64,000 nucleotides of DNA, taken from assembly GCA_000002435.2 (NCBI GenBank), contig CM018791.1; one strand, written 5' to 3'. Origin of the DNA: Giardia intestinalis (lineage: Eukaryota). The position numbers and the translations under genes are program-made. The notes below the pieces were generated by a model. That model was not told the DNA's origin. It worked only from the letters and a program-made list of their open reading frames with translations, and ran no database searches. Shown one piece after another: positions 60,951 through 64,000 of the stretch (positions are counted from its first letter, which is position 1; each line of letters starts with the position of its first letter).

Positions 60951-61835
60951 ATGACGTCTGCGCCGCAGCCCTCGGGCCTCTTCGACCCGGCGCCCCGGCC
61001 CACGGCGGCGGGGGACGGACGCCCGCCCGCGGCAGCCGCGCCCTCGTTCGTCCTCGCCGGCGACCCCGAGGGCCTCGCAGGCGCGTTCCTCCGCGTCGTC
61101 CACCAGGCGCTCGTCCTCGGGCGGCTCGAGGCCCTCCTCGACGGCCCCCCGCCCGCCGGAGACGCCCCGCAGCTCTGGGCCGGGCTCCTCCGCGCCGCGC
61201 TCGCCGGGGCGGGGACGCTCGACCTGGGGCCTCTTGCCGCGCAGCTCGGGCCGCTCCCAGACCCCGGGGCGCTCCCGGCGCTCGTCCGCTCCCTCCCGGC
61301 CCCCGTCTGCGCCGCGCTCTTCGGGCTCCCCGGGCCCTGCCCCGCGTGCGGCGCGCCCTCCCAGCCCGGGGCGAGCGCCGTCCTCGCGCCCGGAGAGGCC
61401 CTCGCCGCAGGGGCCCGGCGGGTCGGCCTCCGCTGCGAGAGCTGCACCCGCCCAGACGCCCTCCCGCTCGCCCGGCCGCCCCTCCTCCGCGCCGTCGCCG
61501 TCCCCCCGGGCTTCGCGGGCCCCGTCCCCCTCCGGCTCCCCGGCGACCTCTTCCTCGGGGCCGTCGTCACCCGCGCCCGCGCCGGCCACGCGCTCTCGGT
61601 CTTCGTCAACCCCGCCTTCGCCCAGGGCCGGAGCGACCTCGTCCGGGACCGCCGCTTCGTCCTCTACGCGCCCCCGGCCGCCGAGCTCCGCGCCCAGCCC
61701 GGGAGCCGCGCCGCCGAGCTCACGTACCTCCGCTACCGGAAGGTCCAGGCGTACCTCGAGCGCCCCGCCGCCGCCCGCGAGGCCGCCTCCTTCGGGGCGC
61801 CCCGCTTCGTCTTCTACTTCGACGGAGACGTTCTG
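60951..61835 (+). other. Extreme-GC compositional island (roughly 80% G+C by eye, GC3 near 100%) embedded in ~45-50% GC DNA, coincident with the 5' part of the CDS
   Basis: The codon-periodic G/C third positions start exactly at the ATG (60951) and end near 61835. All six frames lack stops across it. The boundaries are sharp, about 10-20 nt each. Confidence 0.8.
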
Positions 61836-63437
61836 CACCCAGACATTAGGAAGCGCTTTAATGCGCTAGCCTCTGATACTGACCTGATTGCGATTAATCC
61901 ATCACTATCTGCTCCACATCAGCCTCCAACCCTTTCGCAGCCACACACGCTATCCTCCCCCAAGGAGCCAGAAACTGTTGATGTCACACTTAAAGTCGGT
62001 GGTGCTACCAAGCAAACTCTAGCTGAACAGCAGCACACTCTTGCCTCTCCGTCCCTAGATTCGAGACCGCCTTTGAGTACACTTTCTTTGCACAAATCTA
62101 GCCAACTAGTTGGTGAATCGACTCCTTGGAAAGAAACCAAGACGATCTTATTGCGCCCAGACTTTGTTCAGGAAAGGAAAACATCGTGTTCAGATGAATT
62201 TCGTGAGCACATGGGCATATACATTCTGATTATTGTTCTAGCAGTTATAGTTCTTGTTCTCTTCATCCTCGTGATTGTTCTCTATTCCAGATTGATTAAT
62301 TTGACTGTTCGCAATCTACTTGTCACAAATTTCACGGCAATAGGTGTCCAGTCACGCTTAGACATCCCCAACCCAGCGCAGTTCACGTGCCCAAGTGGGA
62401 TTCAAGACGTGAACGCAGTAAGATACTGTGAGCAGATGGCTCCTGATGCAACCGTTGGCCTCTATGCACCAACTGTTCGAACCGGTACATTCAATTCTAA
62501 GCAGTACAATGTGACCAACCTCTACTATTCTAATATCTTCCTTCTTAACTTTACTCAGATAGCCCCTCTGAATGTCTCCGAACTCATAGCACAGAATATT
62601 ATGACAAATGACGTCACATATAGTACAGAACTTGTCCAGGAAGGGACAGCAGAGTTCCGGACCGGCCAGGTTAGTGTCCAAGGCTTTAGAAGTGCAGATT
62701 TCACCAACACAACGCTGAATTTCAGTCTTACGAGCCTTTCTGCTCTTCATGTGCGTGGCATCTCCTCGCCAAGCTCTGTGACTCCGTCGACTATAGGAAC
62801 TGTCAATGCCGGCAAACTAGTGTTGGCTCAAAAAGATCCAATCACTCCAATCACCACCTTCAGTATAATAGGAGACGTCAATGTGTCACGCCTCGTTGGA
62901 GGCTCTACAACAATCGGACAGCAGGCACTAGAATGGGTGTTTCAGAACGTATCCGCTTCCAAGCTAGTTACCACACCCGTAACAACGACAGTCAAGACAA
63001 TCAATGGAATGGATACTCCTGTCACATTAGATATAAACCTCAATGATGCTTTGTCCGTGAAGACTCTCACTCTTCTTAAGTCGGGTACGTCGGCATCGAT
63101 CCAAATATCTGCTGCATTTACCATCAGTAAGGCTTCTGTATACAATTGCACTACAGCCTTGCTGACAATTCCTAGTGCCACAGCGACTCCGCCCAACACG
63201 GGAACTGGTTTGTATATCAAGAGCCTCTCTGATAAACCGTTTCCTCAGATATCTGCTCTGGTTGTGGGGAATATTCGGATTGACAATGGGGGGATATGCA
63301 ACGCCAATGACCCTCCGGCATCTACGACGCGGACATGCATGATATCAAGCGCAGGCAGCAGCAATATCGGGTCTATGTCTGCCACGACAGTCACTTCTAC
63401 TGGGCAGTTGAAGAGCTCTTTCTGCCAATGCACATGA
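60951..63437 (+). CDS. Chimeric-composition membrane protein (828 aa): ~295-codon extreme-GC N-terminal segment fused in frame to normal-composition TM helix plus N-glycosylation-sequon-rich beta-type ectodomain
   Basis: ATG at 60951 after host-style taactcaaaaa. Codons 1 to ~295 are almost exclusively G/C-ending; I saw only about 10 A/T-ending codons by eye. This gives an Ala/Pro/Arg/Leu/Gly-rich protein with CPAC...(28 aa)...CESC. The composition switches abruptly near 61835. A TM helix follows (MGIYILIIVLAVIVLVLFILVIVLY, nt ~62211..62290), then a 380-aa Thr/Ser/Asn-rich domain ending ...FCQCT. Confidence 0.6.
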   Translation: MTSAPQPSGLFDPAPRPTAAGDGRPPAAAAPSFVLAGDPEGLAGAFLRVVHQALVLGRLEALLDGPPPAGDAPQLWAGLLRAALAGAGTLDLGPLAAQLGPLPDPGALPALVRSLPAPVCAALFGLPGPCPACGAPSQPGASAVLAPGEALAAGARRVGLRCESCTRPDALPLARPPLLRAVAVPPGFAGPVPLRLPGDLFLGAVVTRARAGHALSVFVNPAFAQGRSDLVRDRRFVLYAPPAAELRAQPGSRAAELTYLRYRKVQAYLERPAAAREAASFGAPRFVFYFDGDVLHPDIRKRFNALASDTDLIAINPSLSAPHQPPTLSQPHTLSSPKEPETVDVTLKVGGATKQTLAEQQHTLASPSLDSRPPLSTLSLHKSSQLVGESTPWKETKTILLRPDFVQERKTSCSDEFREHMGIYILIIVLAVIVLVLFILVIVLYSRLINLTVRNLLVTNFTAIGVQSRLDIPNPAQFTCPSGIQDVNAVRYCEQMAPDATVGLYAPTVRTGTFNSKQYNVTNLYYSNIFLLNFTQIAPLNVSELIAQNIMTNDVTYSTELVQEGTAEFRTGQVSVQGFRSADFTNTTLNFSLTSLSALHVRGISSPSSVTPSTIGTVNAGKLVLAQKDPITPITTFSIIGDVNVSRLVGGSTTIGQQALEWVFQNVSASKLVTTPVTTTVKTINGMDTPVTLDINLNDALSVKTLTLLKSGTSASIQISAAFTISKASVYNCTTALLTIPSATATPPNTGTGLYIKSLSDKPFPQISALVVGNIRIDNGGICNANDPPASTTRTCMISSAGSSNIGSMSATTVTSTGQLKSSFCQCT

Positions 63438-63465
63438 GGGTTGAAAAGCATCATATGGTTTCCAT

Positions 63466-64000
63466 TTACATATCTTGTAACCTGTAGATTGCGGATACAA
63501 AGGCAACAAAAAGGGTGTGCGGGAGTCTGTGTTTTGACGTGAATTCAGGATGGTACTGGGTGGCCATGAAGAAGGGGTGTGCTTCTGTTGGTAACTCCAC
63601 AGCCATAGGAAGTTGGTTGGTGAAGTCCATACCACTTATTATCAGTCCGTGCTCAGTCAAGGTATCAATGTACTGGGTGTTGACGGCGAACGAGTGCCAG
63701 TGACGCTCCTTCACCTGAGGATACTTGTTGTAGCACTCGGATAGCATTGTGTTTGACTTAACTGACACCAGAAGGTCGCCCAGTCGCATAGTGCTATACT
63801 TTGCGGTGGTACCCGGATTGGCCGCGTTCTGCTGCTTGTGGAGAGGTTTGATTTGCCCGGTCTCAAGCATCTCACTAATGGGAATAATGAGTTTGTGCGG
63901 AGTGTCAGGGTCCATTTCCGTCGAGTTTGCATGGCTGAGACCACATACATTTCTCGCAAACTCGCACACCATCATCTGGAAGCCAAGACAGAGACCAAGT
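63466..64000 (-). CDS. CTP synthase, C-terminal glutamine amidotransferase domain (partial; 5' part beyond window end)
   Basis: Reverse-strand frame is open to the window edge. Translation ...LGLCLGFQMMVCEFARNVCGLSHANSTEMDP...KYSTMRLG...ERHWHSFAVN...LTEHGLIISGMD...HPFFMATQYHPEFTS...PLFVAFVSA matches the class-I GATase part of CTP synthase (GICLGMQ, MRLG, ERHRHRYEVN, QFHPEF). Confidence 0.85.
   Translation of the reverse strand, partial: LGLCLGFQMMVCEFARNVCGLSHANSTEMDPDTPHKLIIPISEMLETGQIKPLHKQQNAANPGTTAKYSTMRLGDLLVSVKSNTMLSECYNKYPQVKERHWHSFAVNTQYIDTLTEHGLIISGMDFTNQLPMAVELPTEAHPFFMATQYHPEFTSKHRLPHTLFVAFVSAIYRLQDM

Noticed and set aside
60879-61869. Four additional long ORFs inside the GC island (60879..61838 -, 60944..61609 -, 60917..61849 +, 61234..61869 +)
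   Set aside because: High GC removes stop codons from all six frames. Only the frame starting at 60951 shows G/C concentrated at codon position 3. The alternative translations are Arg/Pro/Gly low-complexity strings typical of off-frame readings.
1-64000. Prokaryotic-style systems (CRISPR arrays, restriction-modification or toxin-antitoxin operons, integrons)
   Set aside because: There are no direct-repeat/spacer arrays, no operonic co-directional clusters with RBSs, and the gene content and signals are eukaryotic. The 'defence island' framing does not apply to this window.

Overview
Part 1. The window reads as very gene-dense eukaryotic nuclear DNA with no introns that I can see. No introns, rRNA or tRNA genes, transposons or CRISPR arrays could be supported. 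I call about 21 protein-coding genes on both strands, with intergenic gaps from 11 bp to about 520 bp. Short AT-rich initiators sit directly 5' of the ATGs, and AGTRAAY-like poly(A) motifs lie within about 10 nt after several stop codons. These conventions, together with the gene content below, point to a diplomonad (Giardia-like) genome; that is an inference from sequence features, not a database hit. The supplied ORF track uses TTG/GTG as starts in several places, so I re-anchored those genes on the first in-frame ATG.

Genes I can support, in window order:
- complement(1..870): a protein disulfide isomerase with a signal peptide and a single WCGHCK thioredoxin site, truncated at the window start.
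- 907..2310: a TruA/Pus3-like tRNA pseudouridine synthase.
- 2328..4325: a CAF1/PARN-like deadenylase.
- complement(4352..5290): a hypothetical signal-anchored membrane protein.
- 5302..5838: a MORN-repeat protein.
- 5888..30373: one uninterrupted ORF of about 8,160 aa (24.5 kb). Its motifs resemble a dynein heavy chain (stalk and microtubule-binding region, plus a degenerate AAA1 segment), but I find no intact Walker A P-loop.
- 30428..33094: the bifunctional aldehyde/alcohol dehydrogenase AdhE.
- 33138..35264 and 46931..49003: hypothetical proteins.
- complement(35253..38429): a CPSF-100-like metallo-beta-lactamase/beta-CASP protein with a degenerate His motif.
- complement(38538..39626): a secreted plant-type LRR protein with a highly basic Ser/Arg/Thr/Lys tail.
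- 40150..46389: a Snf2/Brm-like SNF2 ATPase with a C-terminal bromodomain.
- complement(46441..46887): a small REEP/Yop1/HVA22-like membrane protein.
- complement(49000..50745), 50817..51221, 51270..54467, 54691..55392, complement(55560..56693) and complement(56730..60569): further hypothetical genes.
- complement(63466..64000): the C-terminal glutamine amidotransferase part of CTP synthase, truncated at the window end.

Part 2. The most striking object is the gene at 60951..63437. Its first ~295 codons form an extreme-GC block; I estimate about 80% G+C by eye, and nearly every codon ends in G or C. The block starts exactly at a host-style AT-rich initiator and ATG, and it is fused in frame to a normal-composition (about 45-50% GC) segment encoding a transmembrane helix and a beta-rich ectodomain dense in N-glycosylation sequons. 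The GC block also carries a CxxC-(28)-CxxC zinc-ribbon-like motif. All six frames are open across it, which generates four spurious overlapping ORFs in the track. I read this as a candidate recent horizontal or viral acquisition, a fusion event, or an assembly chimera, and it is the first thing I would check.

Other second-look items are listed under findings:
- an 11-bp mirror-symmetric bidirectional promoter between two divergent start codons (5288..5304);
- the giant pseudo-dynein gene;
- convergent gene pairs overlapping at their 3' ends, including a shared TTAA double stop;
- a 523-bp intergenic region with short tandem repeats;
- poly(A) signals that double as the next gene's initiator.
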